DNA of 64,000 nt from Candidatus Omnitrophota bacterium. Its GTDB lineage: Bacteria; Omnitrophota; JACPQZ01. The position numbers were made by a program, and so were the translations under genes. The stretch spans positions 33,923-97,922 of the forward strand of contig JACPQZ010000045.1 of the NCBI GenBank assembly GCA_016190205.1. The letters are read 5' to 3'. This document shows positions 56,525 through 64,000 of the stretch, one piece after another. Every line of letters begins with the position of its first letter. The first letter of the stretch is position 1. Under the pieces are notes generated by a model. It was not told the origin of the DNA, made no database searches, and saw only the letters and a program-made list of their open reading frames with translations.

Positions 56525-57577
56525 ATGACCGAACTTAAAATTCATGCCCTGTTGGAAGAAGTCAAAAAGAAAGACGCCTCGGATCTCCACCTGGCCGCAG
56601 GCCTGCCGCCGATGCTCCGGATCTACGGGAAATTAAAGCCGCTGGGTGACGCCATCCTGACGAGCGATGACATCCGCAGACTCACGAGCGAAGTCCTGAC
56701 CCCCGAACAGAAAAAAGAGCTGGAGGAGATGCACGAAATCGACGTTTGCGTGGAGGTTGCCGGCGTGGCGCGCTTTCGACTCAATTCCTTCTACGAGCGA
56801 AACGGGACCGGCACGGTCATGCGCCTCATCCCCTTCGAAATCCGCACGCTTTCCGACCTTGGGCTCCCGGCCGTGGTCGGAGAATTGAGCGAAACGGAGC
56901 GGGGCTTCATCATCGTTACGGGACCGACTGGGAGCGGCAAATCGACTACGCTGGCCGCCCTGGTGGACAAGATCAATTCCGAAAGGGAAGGCCACATCAT
57001 CACGATCGAAGACCCGATCGAATATGTCCACAAGCATAAAAAATGCATCGTCCAGCAAAGGCAGGTAGGTCCTCATACCCACTCCTTCGCCATGGCCTTA
57101 AGAAGCGCCCTGCGTGAAGATCCGGATGTGATCCTTGTGGGGGAGTGCCGGGACCTGGAGACCATGCAGATGGCCGTAACCGCAGCGGAGACCGGACACC
57201 TGGTGTTTACGACACTCCATACCGGCGGCGCCGTCCAGACCATCGACCGGATTATCGACATCTTCCCGCCGCACCAACAGGCCCAGGTGCGGACACAGCT
57301 CTCCGAGGCCCTGGTGGCGGTGATCTCCCAAATCCTCATCCCGCGTATGGATGGAAAAGGCCTGGTGGCCGCCTGCGAAATCCTGCGCACGAACGCCGCC
57401 GTCCGGAACTTGATCCGCGAAGGCAAGACTTACCAGATTGTTTCCGCCATTCAAGCAGGCGGGACGGAGGGCATGCAGACCCTGGAGGCGGCGTTAACCA
57501 AACTGCAGCGCGAGGGAAGGATCACTCCCGATGAAGTGCGCAAGCACATTACCCCCGCGCGAATTTCTAAGCCGTAG
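56525..57577 (+). CDS. pilT: Twitching-motility ATPase PilT
   Basis: 'GFIIVTGPTGSGKSTTLAA' Walker A, 'IITIEDPIE', 'ILVGECRD', 'GHLVFTTLHT' PilT/GspE signatures. 350 aa is PilT-sized. Confidence 0.9.
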   Translation: MTELKIHALLEEVKKKDASDLHLAAGLPPMLRIYGKLKPLGDAILTSDDIRRLTSEVLTPEQKKELEEMHEIDVCVEVAGVARFRLNSFYERNGTGTVMRLIPFEIRTLSDLGLPAVVGELSETERGFIIVTGPTGSGKSTTLAALVDKINSEREGHIITIEDPIEYVHKHKKCIVQQRQVGPHTHSFAMALRSALREDPDVILVGECRDLETMQMAVTAAETGHLVFTTLHTGGAVQTIDRIIDIFPPHQQAQVRTQLSEALVAVISQILIPRMDGKGLVAACEILRTNAAVRNLIREGKTYQIVSAIQAGGTEGMQTLEAALTKLQREGRITPDEVRKHITPARISKP

Positions 57578-57586
57578 GGTGAGGGC

Positions 57587-58849
57587 ATGTTGACCAATAT
57601 CCTGCTGACCACCATCTGTCTCTTCCTACTGCTCATCTTCTGGACATATCGCCAGGATGAAAAGCGGAAAATGCGGGCGCGGCAGCCCACCGGCCAGGTG
57701 GATTCGGTATGGGATGGGGCCGAACGACGCCGGCACGCGCGCCTGAAGACGAACCTCGCCATCGCCTACCGGGTGGACGGCGAGGGGCCTGCGCCGATTC
57801 AAAAATCACGCACCAAAAATATCTCCAAGGGCGGCCTATGTCTCGTCATGAGCGAGAAACTGACCCGCGATACCCGCATCAAACTGGACATCGAAATCCC
57901 CGGCGGGGGCCAGCCTTACCAGGCGCTGGGCCTCGTGCGCCGCTGCAGGGAACGAGAATCCCAGGACGGCAAACGGCTTTTTGAAATCGGTATTCGCTTC
58001 CTCGACCTGGCGGAGGACGACTGGAAAAAAATCTTAGGTCACGTCCTGAAAAGCGCGCCGGACACTTCCCAGAAACTGGCCGTTTTTTTGGCGGCACTCA
58101 TTTTAAGCGGTTTTTTTCTGGAGCCGGTGAGCGCCGAATATCTTCAGGGGGGTGTGGGCGGACAGCAAGGCGTTAGCCGCACGAGAAGGGAGCGGCTTGC
58201 GCGGCGGGCCCAGCGCGAGAGCCAGGAAAAAAGCCTCGAAGAAGGTCTGCAACGAGAACTGGAGGAATACTCCCGCCAGCGAGAGGAACGGGAAAGACGC
58301 ATCAAAGAGGCGGGTTGGTTTGAGCAGGCGGAGGCGCACTTCGCCCGGCAGGATTTTGACCAGGCATACAAACTGTACACCCTGCTTCAGACACCCACAG
58401 TCGACCGTGTCCTTAAGGAACGGGCTCTGGAACGCATCCAGGAACTCAAGGAAAACTCCGCCTTCCAAACCATCATCCAGGAAGAGCGCAAGCAAAAGGC
58501 CATTGAGGACTTGTCCTCTGAAGACCGAGTCATCCGCCTGAATGCATTAAAACAGCTGGGCGAACTGGGCGATACCCAATCCGCAGAAGTCCTGGTAGCC
58601 ACGTTGACCGACCCCGATCCTTTCGTGCGCCGAGTAGCCGCCTGGGCCTTGGGCCGGATCGGTGACCCCTCGGGCGTGCCTCCCTTGATCAGCGCCCTCC
58701 ATGACGAACACGAATGGATTCGCCAGGAGGCCCATGGGGCGCTCGTCCAAATTACAGGCCGCGATCTGGGCGCCGAGCCTCAAGCCTGGGTGGAGTGGTG
58801 GCGTTCTTTTGATGCAAGTCGCCCGGCCGGTGATACCCAGGGCTCCTGA
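57587..58849 (+). CDS. Membrane PilZ-domain protein with C-terminal HEAT (PBS-lyase-like) repeats
   Basis: N-terminal TM. PilZ 'ERRRHARL' (RxxxR) and 'NISKGGLCL' (DxSxxG-like). C-terminal 'DPDPFVRRVAAWALGRIGDPSGVPPLISALHDEHEWIRQEAHGAL' HEAT repeats. Confidence 0.6.
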   Translation: MLTNILLTTICLFLLLIFWTYRQDEKRKMRARQPTGQVDSVWDGAERRRHARLKTNLAIAYRVDGEGPAPIQKSRTKNISKGGLCLVMSEKLTRDTRIKLDIEIPGGGQPYQALGLVRRCRERESQDGKRLFEIGIRFLDLAEDDWKKILGHVLKSAPDTSQKLAVFLAALILSGFFLEPVSAEYLQGGVGGQQGVSRTRRERLARRAQRESQEKSLEEGLQRELEEYSRQREERERRIKEAGWFEQAEAHFARQDFDQAYKLYTLLQTPTVDRVLKERALERIQELKENSAFQTIIQEERKQKAIEDLSSEDRVIRLNALKQLGELGDTQSAEVLVATLTDPDPFVRRVAAWALGRIGDPSGVPPLISALHDEHEWIRQEAHGALVQITGRDLGAEPQAWVEWWRSFDASRPAGDTQGS

Positions 58850-59580
58850 TGAGTCTTGCCCTGCCGCTTACACACCTTAAAGCAGGTAAACGCAATCTCG
58901 CCCGCCTCATCACCTACCTGGAAAACGGGCAAGCCCCTCGCACCATCTTGTCCGCGCTGGACGCGGCCCGAAAGAAAAGCCTTCTCATCGGGATCACGGG
59001 TGCGGCCGGCGCCGGGAAAAGCACGCTTTCAGCCCACCTCATTCAGCACTTAAGAAGACCTCGGCAAAAAATCGCATTTATCGGCTGTGACCCTTCCAGT
59101 CCTTATTCGGGCGGCGCCTTTCTGGGTGACCGCGTCCGTTTGGGCGCGCTGCGGGATGAGAACCTGTTCGTGCGCAGCATGGCCACCCGAGGCGCTCCGG
59201 GAGGGATCGCCCGCGCCACCCCGGCCGCTTGCGGGGCCCTTGCCCTGGCGGGATATAACCCCATCATCATAGAGTCCGTAGGCGCCGGGCAGCTGGACGT
59301 GGCGATCAAGCGCTGGGTGGATTTGGCCGTGGTCGTCCTGGCCCCTGATCACGCGGATTCCATTCAGCTCGCCAAGGCGGGTCTTTTGGAGATCGCTGAC
59401 CTTTTCGTTCTAAACAAGATGGATCATCCTCACTCCCGTCGGGCCGAGCAGAACCTCAAGTCCCACCTCTCCCTAAACCGCAACACGATCGAGATCCCGG
59501 TGTTTCGAACAGTCGCGACGCGCGGCTCGGGGGTGCGCGAACTCGCCCGGTGGATTCAAGACAGGTTCGACTCACAATGA
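58849..59580 (+). CDS. meaB: Methylmalonyl-CoA mutase-associated GTPase (MeaB/ArgK-like, short)
   Basis: 'LLIGITGAAGAGKSTL' P-loop, 'GCDPSSPYSGGAFLGDRVRL', 'VFVLNKMD' (NKxD). Confidence 0.75.
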   Translation: MSLALPLTHLKAGKRNLARLITYLENGQAPRTILSALDAARKKSLLIGITGAAGAGKSTLSAHLIQHLRRPRQKIAFIGCDPSSPYSGGAFLGDRVRLGALRDENLFVRSMATRGAPGGIARATPAACGALALAGYNPIIIESVGAGQLDVAIKRWVDLAVVVLAPDHADSIQLAKAGLLEIADLFVLNKMDHPHSRRAEQNLKSHLSLNRNTIEIPVFRTVATRGSGVRELARWIQDRFDSQ

Positions 59581-59587
59581 GCGGGCA

Positions 59588-61144
59588 ATGAAAAAGAGGA
59601 TCTACACCGCTCGCGACATTCGGGGTCTCAAGCCCAGGCGGGATCTCGGGGTTCCAGGCACGTTTCCGTACACACGCGCGATCCGCGCGGACCTTTACGA
59701 AAACCGGTTTTGGACCATGCGCCTTTTTTCGGGCTTTGGCCTCCCGGATGAGACGAACCGGCGTTTTCACTACCTGCTCAAACAGGGAGAAACGGGCCTC
59801 TCCGTCGCTTTTGATCTTCCCACGCTCCTGGGTTATGACTCCGACGACCCGCAGGCGGAAGGGGAGGTGGGCCGCTGCGGGGTGGCGATTGATTCTTTAG
59901 AGGACATGGAGCTTCTATTTTCCAAGATCCACCTGGATCAGGTCTCGACCTCCATGACTATCAACGGCCCCGCGGCCATCCTCTATGCCATGTATCTGGC
60001 CTGCGCCAAAAAAAAGGGGGTACCCTGGTCCAAGATACGGGGCACCCTCCAAAACGATTGTCTTAAAGAATACATCGCCCAGAATACGTGGACGTTTCCG
60101 CCCGTCCCGGCGCTCCGGCTCATTACGGATATCTTCGCCTTTTCCGCCCGGCATGTTCCCAAGTTTAATACGATCTCGATTTCCGGGTATCATATCCGCG
60201 AGGCGGGGGCCACGGCGGCACAGGAGCTTGGCTTCACGCTGGCCAACGGGTTTACCTATGTCGAGGCCGGCATCCGGGCAGGACTGGCTGTAGATGCCTT
60301 TGCCCCAAGGCTTTCGTTTTTTTTCAACTCCCATCTCAATTTCTTCGAGGAGATCGCCAAGTACCGCGCCGCAAGGAAGCTGTGGGCGCAAACAATGAAA
60401 AGACGATTCAAAGCGCGCGAGGAGCAGTCACTCAAGCTCAGGTTTCATACCCAGACAGCAGGCTGCACCCTCACGCGCCAACAGCCTTACAACAATATCG
60501 TCCGGACCGCCTACCAGGCCCTGGCGGCTGTGCTAGGCGGGACGCAATCTCTGCACACCAACTCCCTCGATGAAACCTTCAGCCTCCCGTCAGACGAGAC
60601 GGCCAAGCTCGCCCTCCGGACCCAGCAGATCCTGGCTCACGAAACAGGCGTGACCCAGGTCGTAGACCCGCTCGGGGGATCCTATTACGTCGAGGCACTC
60701 ACCGCAGGGCTTGAGCACCAGGCCCGCGAGATCCTCAACGAAATCCGCCGTGAGGGAGGGGTTCTCGCCTGCATAGAGTCAGGCTGGTTCCAGCGCGAAA
60801 TCGCCCGCTCTGCCTACGCGGAGCAAATGGCCATCGAGAGGCGCGAGAAGATCGTGGTGGGCGTGAACGCATACGCGGAGCCCGACGAGAAATCCGCACT
60901 CCATATTCTTGAGGTTAGCCCGGCGATCGAACAAAAGCAGTGCCGCCGGCTTAAGGGGCTCAAAAAGAAGCGCTCGGCGCGCAGGGTTCAGAGGGCACTG
61001 GACAGGCTTCAAGAGCGAGCCGAGTCCCAGCAGAATTTGATGCCGTCGCTCGTAGAGGCCGCTTTATCCAACGCAACCCTGGGAGAGATGACGAGGACCC
61101 TGAAGGGAGTATTCGGCGAATATGAGCCTCCGACTGTCCTATAG
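59588..61144 (+). CDS. Methylmalonyl-CoA mutase, catalytic (N-terminal) subunit
   Basis: 'TMRLFSGFGLPDETNRRFHYLLKQGETGLSVAFDLPTLLGYDSD' and downstream MCM substrate-binding barrel motifs. No B12 domain in this ORF. Confidence 0.85.
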   Translation: MKKRIYTARDIRGLKPRRDLGVPGTFPYTRAIRADLYENRFWTMRLFSGFGLPDETNRRFHYLLKQGETGLSVAFDLPTLLGYDSDDPQAEGEVGRCGVAIDSLEDMELLFSKIHLDQVSTSMTINGPAAILYAMYLACAKKKGVPWSKIRGTLQNDCLKEYIAQNTWTFPPVPALRLITDIFAFSARHVPKFNTISISGYHIREAGATAAQELGFTLANGFTYVEAGIRAGLAVDAFAPRLSFFFNSHLNFFEEIAKYRAARKLWAQTMKRRFKAREEQSLKLRFHTQTAGCTLTRQQPYNNIVRTAYQALAAVLGGTQSLHTNSLDETFSLPSDETAKLALRTQQILAHETGVTQVVDPLGGSYYVEALTAGLEHQAREILNEIRREGGVLACIESGWFQREIARSAYAEQMAIERREKIVVGVNAYAEPDEKSALHILEVSPAIEQKQCRRLKGLKKKRSARRVQRALDRLQERAESQQNLMPSLVEAALSNATLGEMTRTLKGVFGEYEPPTVL

Positions 61145-61550
61145 CAAGAAACGCAGGATTCCTCCCCGCATTCTCGTGGCCAAGCTGGGACTCGACGGGC
61201 ACGACAGGGGCATTAAGATCATCGCCCATGCCCTGCGCGACGCAGGGTATGAAGTGATCTATACGGGTCTGTTCCAGACCCCCGAAGTCGTGGCCCAGGC
61301 CGCCGTCGAAGAGGATGTCCGTATCGTGGCCGTCAGCATCCTTTCAGGGGCCCATAAGGTTCTGCTGCCCAAGGTGGTAAAACTCCTGAAGAAGAAGGGG
61401 GCGCGGGACGTCCAGGTCATCGGGGGCGGAATCATATCTGCCAAAGACGCGGAGCGGCTAAAAAAGCAGGGGATTGCGCGCGTCTTCGGGCCGGGGACTC
61501 CCGTCCAAGAAATCATCTCGTTTCTGGACCGGGAACTGGAACGCTCATGA
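61122..61550 (+). CDS. Methylmalonyl-CoA mutase, B12-binding (C-terminal) subunit
   Basis: 'RILVAKLGLDGHDRGIKIIAHALRDAGYEVIY' (DxHxxG cobalamin motif) and 'SILSGAH'. Confidence 0.8.
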   Translation: MSLRLSYSKKRRIPPRILVAKLGLDGHDRGIKIIAHALRDAGYEVIYTGLFQTPEVVAQAAVEEDVRIVAVSILSGAHKVLLPKVVKLLKKKGARDVQVIGGGIISAKDAERLKKQGIARVFGPGTPVQEIISFLDRELERS

Positions 61551-61560
61551 TAGATCCAAA

Positions 61561-61593
61561 CCGTGCTTCGTGCTTCGTGCCTCGTGCTTCGTG
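61561..61593. repeat. Heptamer array CGTGCTT x4
   Basis: ccgtgcttcgtgcttcgtgcctcgtgcttcgtgg between the mutase and the JAMM gene. Confidence 0.6.
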
Positions 61594-61605
61594 GATCGTT
61601 CGTAA

Positions 61606-62028
61606 ATGATCGTCCTAACCCAAGAGCAAAAGACGGCCATCGAACGTGAGGCACGGCAGCACTATCCGAATGAGTGCTGCGGTATACTCGCTGGGCACAT
61701 TCAGGGACGAGACAAATGTATACAGGACATTTACCCTGTCAGTAATATCAATCAGGAGCGCTCCGTAGATCGTTATAACATCGATCCAAAGGAATTTCTC
61801 GCGGTCTCCAAAAGGATAGAATCCCTGGGCCAGTCGCTCGTCGGAATCTACCATTCCCACCCGGACCATCCCGACCGGCCTTCGGAATTCGACCGGGGGC
61901 ACGCATGGGAAGTGTACTCCTACATCATCGTCGGAATTGAGCAGGGAAAAAAAGTCTCCATGCGCTCTTTCGCCCTAGACCCAAACAGGCAGTTTCAAGA
62001 AGAAGAGATCAAGATCGTCAAGCCATGA
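61606..62028 (+). CDS. JAMM/MPN+ (Mov34) metalloprotease
   Basis: 'ECCGILAG' and 'GIYHSHPDHPDRPSEFD' (E...HxHx7Sx2D zinc motif). Confidence 0.7.
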   Translation: MIVLTQEQKTAIEREARQHYPNECCGILAGHIQGRDKCIQDIYPVSNINQERSVDRYNIDPKEFLAVSKRIESLGQSLVGIYHSHPDHPDRPSEFDRGHAWEVYSYIIVGIEQGKKVSMRSFALDPNRQFQEEEIKIVKP

Positions 62029-63083
62029 AGCCTTTTTCCCTTCTCATCCCAGACACGGCCTTCAAACATCCCGCAGGGCGCATCCGAACCGGATTTTACT
62101 CGGACGTCTATTTTTCCAGAACCCAAAAAATACTCGAGCGCGAGGGGCGCCGGGCGCGGGTCGTCATGCAGATCTTCTGCAAGGAGCATGCCCTTCTGTG
62201 CGGGGTCCAGGAGGTCCTGGCCCTTTTAAAACAACAGAAACCCACAGGAGCGCCGCTCAAGGTGCGCGCCCTTAAAGATGGAACGGGAATCCGTCCCTGG
62301 GAAACGGTGCTGACCCTGGAAGGGGAATACCGCGACTTTTGCACGCTGGAGACCCTCATCTTAGGGATCCTCACACGAAGAACCAGTATCGCGACACAAA
62401 TGCGGCGCTTGGTCCAGGCCGCCTCTCCGAAAGGAGTCATCTATTTTGGGGCCCGCTTCGATCATTATCTCATGCAGGAAGGGGACGGCTATGCGGTCCG
62501 CGTCGGCGGGGCCCTCGCCTCCTCCACTCCTGCCACAGAATATTGGTTCGGAAGGGAAGGTACAGGAACTATTCCGCACGGCCTGATCGCCGCCTTTCAG
62601 GGTGATACCACTGCTGCCGCACTTGCCTTTGACCGGCACATCGTTTCGAAGATCAAAAGGATCGTACTCGTGGATTTTGACAACGACTGTGTGGGCACCG
62701 CCCTGGCCACCGCCCGTGTGTTGGGAAGGAAATTATGGGGCGTTCGACTCGACACCGCAGAGAATCTGACGGACCGCGCGATCACGCGGGCAAGGTCCCG
62801 CCATCGCGGGGTCTCGCCGCTCCTCATACGTCTGGTGCGCAGGGCCCTGGACCGCGCCGGGTTTGCGCGGGTGAAAATTATCGTGAGCGGGGGGTTTAAT
62901 GAAACTCGTATCCGGGACTTTGTACGGCGCAAAGTCCCCTTCGACCTCGTAGGTGTGGGCTCGAACGTCCATCGTTTCCGTGTCGACTTTACCGCTGATG
63001 TCGTGAGTGTAAATGGCCGCCCGTGCGCCAAGGTGGGGCGCCGCTTTCGACCGAACCCAAGGCTCAAACGGGTGGACGTGTGA
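62025..63083 (+). CDS. Nicotinate phosphoribosyltransferase-family protein (archaeal-type)
   Basis: Type II PRTase family features ('FGARFDHYLMQ', 'GVRLDTAENL', 'IIVSGGFN'). Start overlaps the JAMM stop. Confidence 0.55.
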   Translation: MKPFSLLIPDTAFKHPAGRIRTGFYSDVYFSRTQKILEREGRRARVVMQIFCKEHALLCGVQEVLALLKQQKPTGAPLKVRALKDGTGIRPWETVLTLEGEYRDFCTLETLILGILTRRTSIATQMRRLVQAASPKGVIYFGARFDHYLMQEGDGYAVRVGGALASSTPATEYWFGREGTGTIPHGLIAAFQGDTTAAALAFDRHIVSKIKRIVLVDFDNDCVGTALATARVLGRKLWGVRLDTAENLTDRAITRARSRHRGVSPLLIRLVRRALDRAGFARVKIIVSGGFNETRIRDFVRRKVPFDLVGVGSNVHRFRVDFTADVVSVNGRPCAKVGRRFRPNPRLKRVDV

Positions 63084-63616
63084 AGCTGCGCACGTGCCGC
63101 CGGGTTTGGCAGGGGAGGGTCTTCACGGTTGAACAGGCGGAATTTGAAATGGCGAGAGGCGCCCGAAAGCTGGACATCGTGCGGCACGGCGGGGCCAGCG
63201 TCATCCTGTCTGTGCTCAAGCGCAATCGGATCTTGCTCATCCGCCAGGCGCGCCCTGCCGTGGGAAGGGTTATCTGGGAACTTCCGGCCGGTACCATTGG
63301 GAGAGGGGAAAGCCCCTTGGCCTGCGCCCGCCGCGAGCTCGCCGAGGAGACCGGCTGGCGAGCCGGAAGAATCAAACACCTGATCTCATTCTTTCCCAGC
63401 CCTGGATTTTGTGACGAGAAGATGCATGTCTTCGTCGCCACACAACTAAGTTTCGTCGGCCAAAGACTCGAACCTGACGAGGAGCTTACGGTCCGAACCG
63501 TGACTTTAAAACAAGTGCTGGACATGATCCAAAAAGGCCTGATCCACGACGCGAAGACCATCGTTGCTCTACTGGTCTGGCAGCTTAATCGTAAAAAACA
63601 CGGCCGTGACTCGTAA
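63080..63616 (+). CDS. NUDIX hydrolase (ADP-ribose pyrophosphatase-like)
   Basis: 'WQGRVFTVEQAEF...GGASVIL' NudF-type N-terminus. Nudix box 'GESPLACARRELAEETGW'. GTG start overlapping the upstream stop (GTGA). Confidence 0.7.
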   Translation: MKLRTCRRVWQGRVFTVEQAEFEMARGARKLDIVRHGGASVILSVLKRNRILLIRQARPAVGRVIWELPAGTIGRGESPLACARRELAEETGWRAGRIKHLISFFPSPGFCDEKMHVFVATQLSFVGQRLEPDEELTVRTVTLKQVLDMIQKGLIHDAKTIVALLVWQLNRKKHGRDS

Positions 63617-63698
63617 TCCGTGACCCGTGACCCGTGAATTGTGAACTGCGGTATATCTACTTATGCTAGCGACGAGCGACGAGCGACGAGCGACAAAC
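63617..63698. repeat. Heptamer arrays (CCGTGAC x3; AGCGACG x4)
   Basis: tccgtgacccgtgacccgtgaattgtgaa ... gctagcgacgagcgacgagcgacgagcgac. The AGCGAC unit is shared with the element at 8684-8788. Confidence 0.6.
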
Positions 63699-64000
63699 GT
63701 GCCAATAATCACGCTGCTCACAGACTTCGGCACTAAAGATTCCTACGTAGCCCAAATGCAGGGAGTGATCTTAAGCGCCCTGCCGGAGGCGCGCATCGTT
63801 CATCTGGGACATGAAATCCCGCCGCAGAACGTCCGCAAGGCCGGTCTCTTCCTGCTGGCGGCCTATGGGTATTATCCGGCGGGGACCCTGCATGTGGTGG
63901 TCGTCGACCCCGGCGTGGGAACCGGACGTAAAATTCTAGCCATCGAAACAAGCCGCTACCGCTTCCTTGTACCCGATAACGGCCTCATCGGCCCTGTGCT
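63699..64000 (+). CDS. SAM hydroxide adenosyltransferase family protein (DUF62), 5' partial
   Basis: GTG start. 'IITLLTDFGTKDSYVAQMQGVIL...VVDPGVGT' N-terminal signature. Runs off the window end. Confidence 0.5.
   Translation, partial: MPIITLLTDFGTKDSYVAQMQGVILSALPEARIVHLGHEIPPQNVRKAGLFLLAAYGYYPAGTLHVVVVDPGVGTGRKILAIETSRYRFLVPDNGLIGPV

Noticed and set aside
4181-63698. CRISPR array interpretation of the short tandem repeats
   Set aside because: The repeat units are 7 nt with no unique spacers of 25-40 nt, and no cas genes are present. The stand-alone Cas4-like nuclease at 24718 has no array nearby. These are simple-sequence or palindromic elements, not CRISPRs.

Overview
This is a high-GC (about 60%) bacterial chromosomal segment with extreme strand bias. 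Of about 75 credible genes, only one lies on the minus strand, a receiver plus Fis-type HTH response regulator. The long minus-strand ORFs in the track are antisense shadows of plus-strand genes.

Gene content is mostly core metabolism:
- Acetate activation: acetyl-CoA synthetase with an ACT-domain protein, a single-cluster ferredoxin and a DUF59 protein.
- Ribosomal protein S21, the cofactor-independent phosphoglycerate mutase (iPGM) and a Memo-like protein.
- Biotin carboxylase (accB, accC) and 6-phosphofructokinase.
- LPS heptose genes (gmhA and the RfaE adenylyltransferase domain), thiE and a PfkB kinase.
- tRNA-Gly(CCC), a LysM/M23 peptidase, a dGTPase, glycerol kinase and a dCTP deaminase.
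- A beta-oxidation block: thiolase, 3-hydroxyacyl-CoA dehydrogenase, enoyl-CoA hydratase, acyl-CoA ligase, lysophospholipase-like hydrolase, an ATP-grasp-like protein and an aldehyde dehydrogenase.
- A complete glycine cleavage operon: gcvH, gcvPA, gcvPB and a lipoyl ligase.
- PilT.
- A split methylmalonyl-CoA mutase with a MeaB GTPase.
- A JAMM/MPN+ protein, a NAPRTase-like protein, a NUDIX hydrolase and a DUF62 protein.

The features most worth a second look:
1. A single continuous ORF fuses an alanine/glycine:cation symporter to the glycine-cleavage T protein (GcvT) at the head of the gcv operon.
2. A family of dispersed intergenic elements is built from 7-nt tandem units (CACGAAG, AGCGACN, GAGACCC, GTCCACA, CGGTTAT classes), often arranged as long imperfect palindromes. 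One GAGACCC x4 array sits inside the lipoyl-ligase reading frame.
3. tRNA-Gly(CCC) is followed about 205 bp downstream by an exact 25-nt direct copy of its 3' end, and also by an inverted T-arm copy. About 80-bp palindromic heptamer elements bracket the locus.
4. A c-di-GMP cluster: two HD-GYP proteins, two adjacent single-domain PilZ genes, and a PilZ-HEAT protein next to pilT.
5. A three-domain cNMP-binding / degenerate ParA-like / patatin protein.
6. Three paralogues of a small secreted protein family that I recall as TIGR04073-like.
7. A low-GC islet with two tiny hydrophobic peptide genes, a promoter and a terminator.

No CRISPR array, rRNA or obvious transposase or integrase gene was seen.
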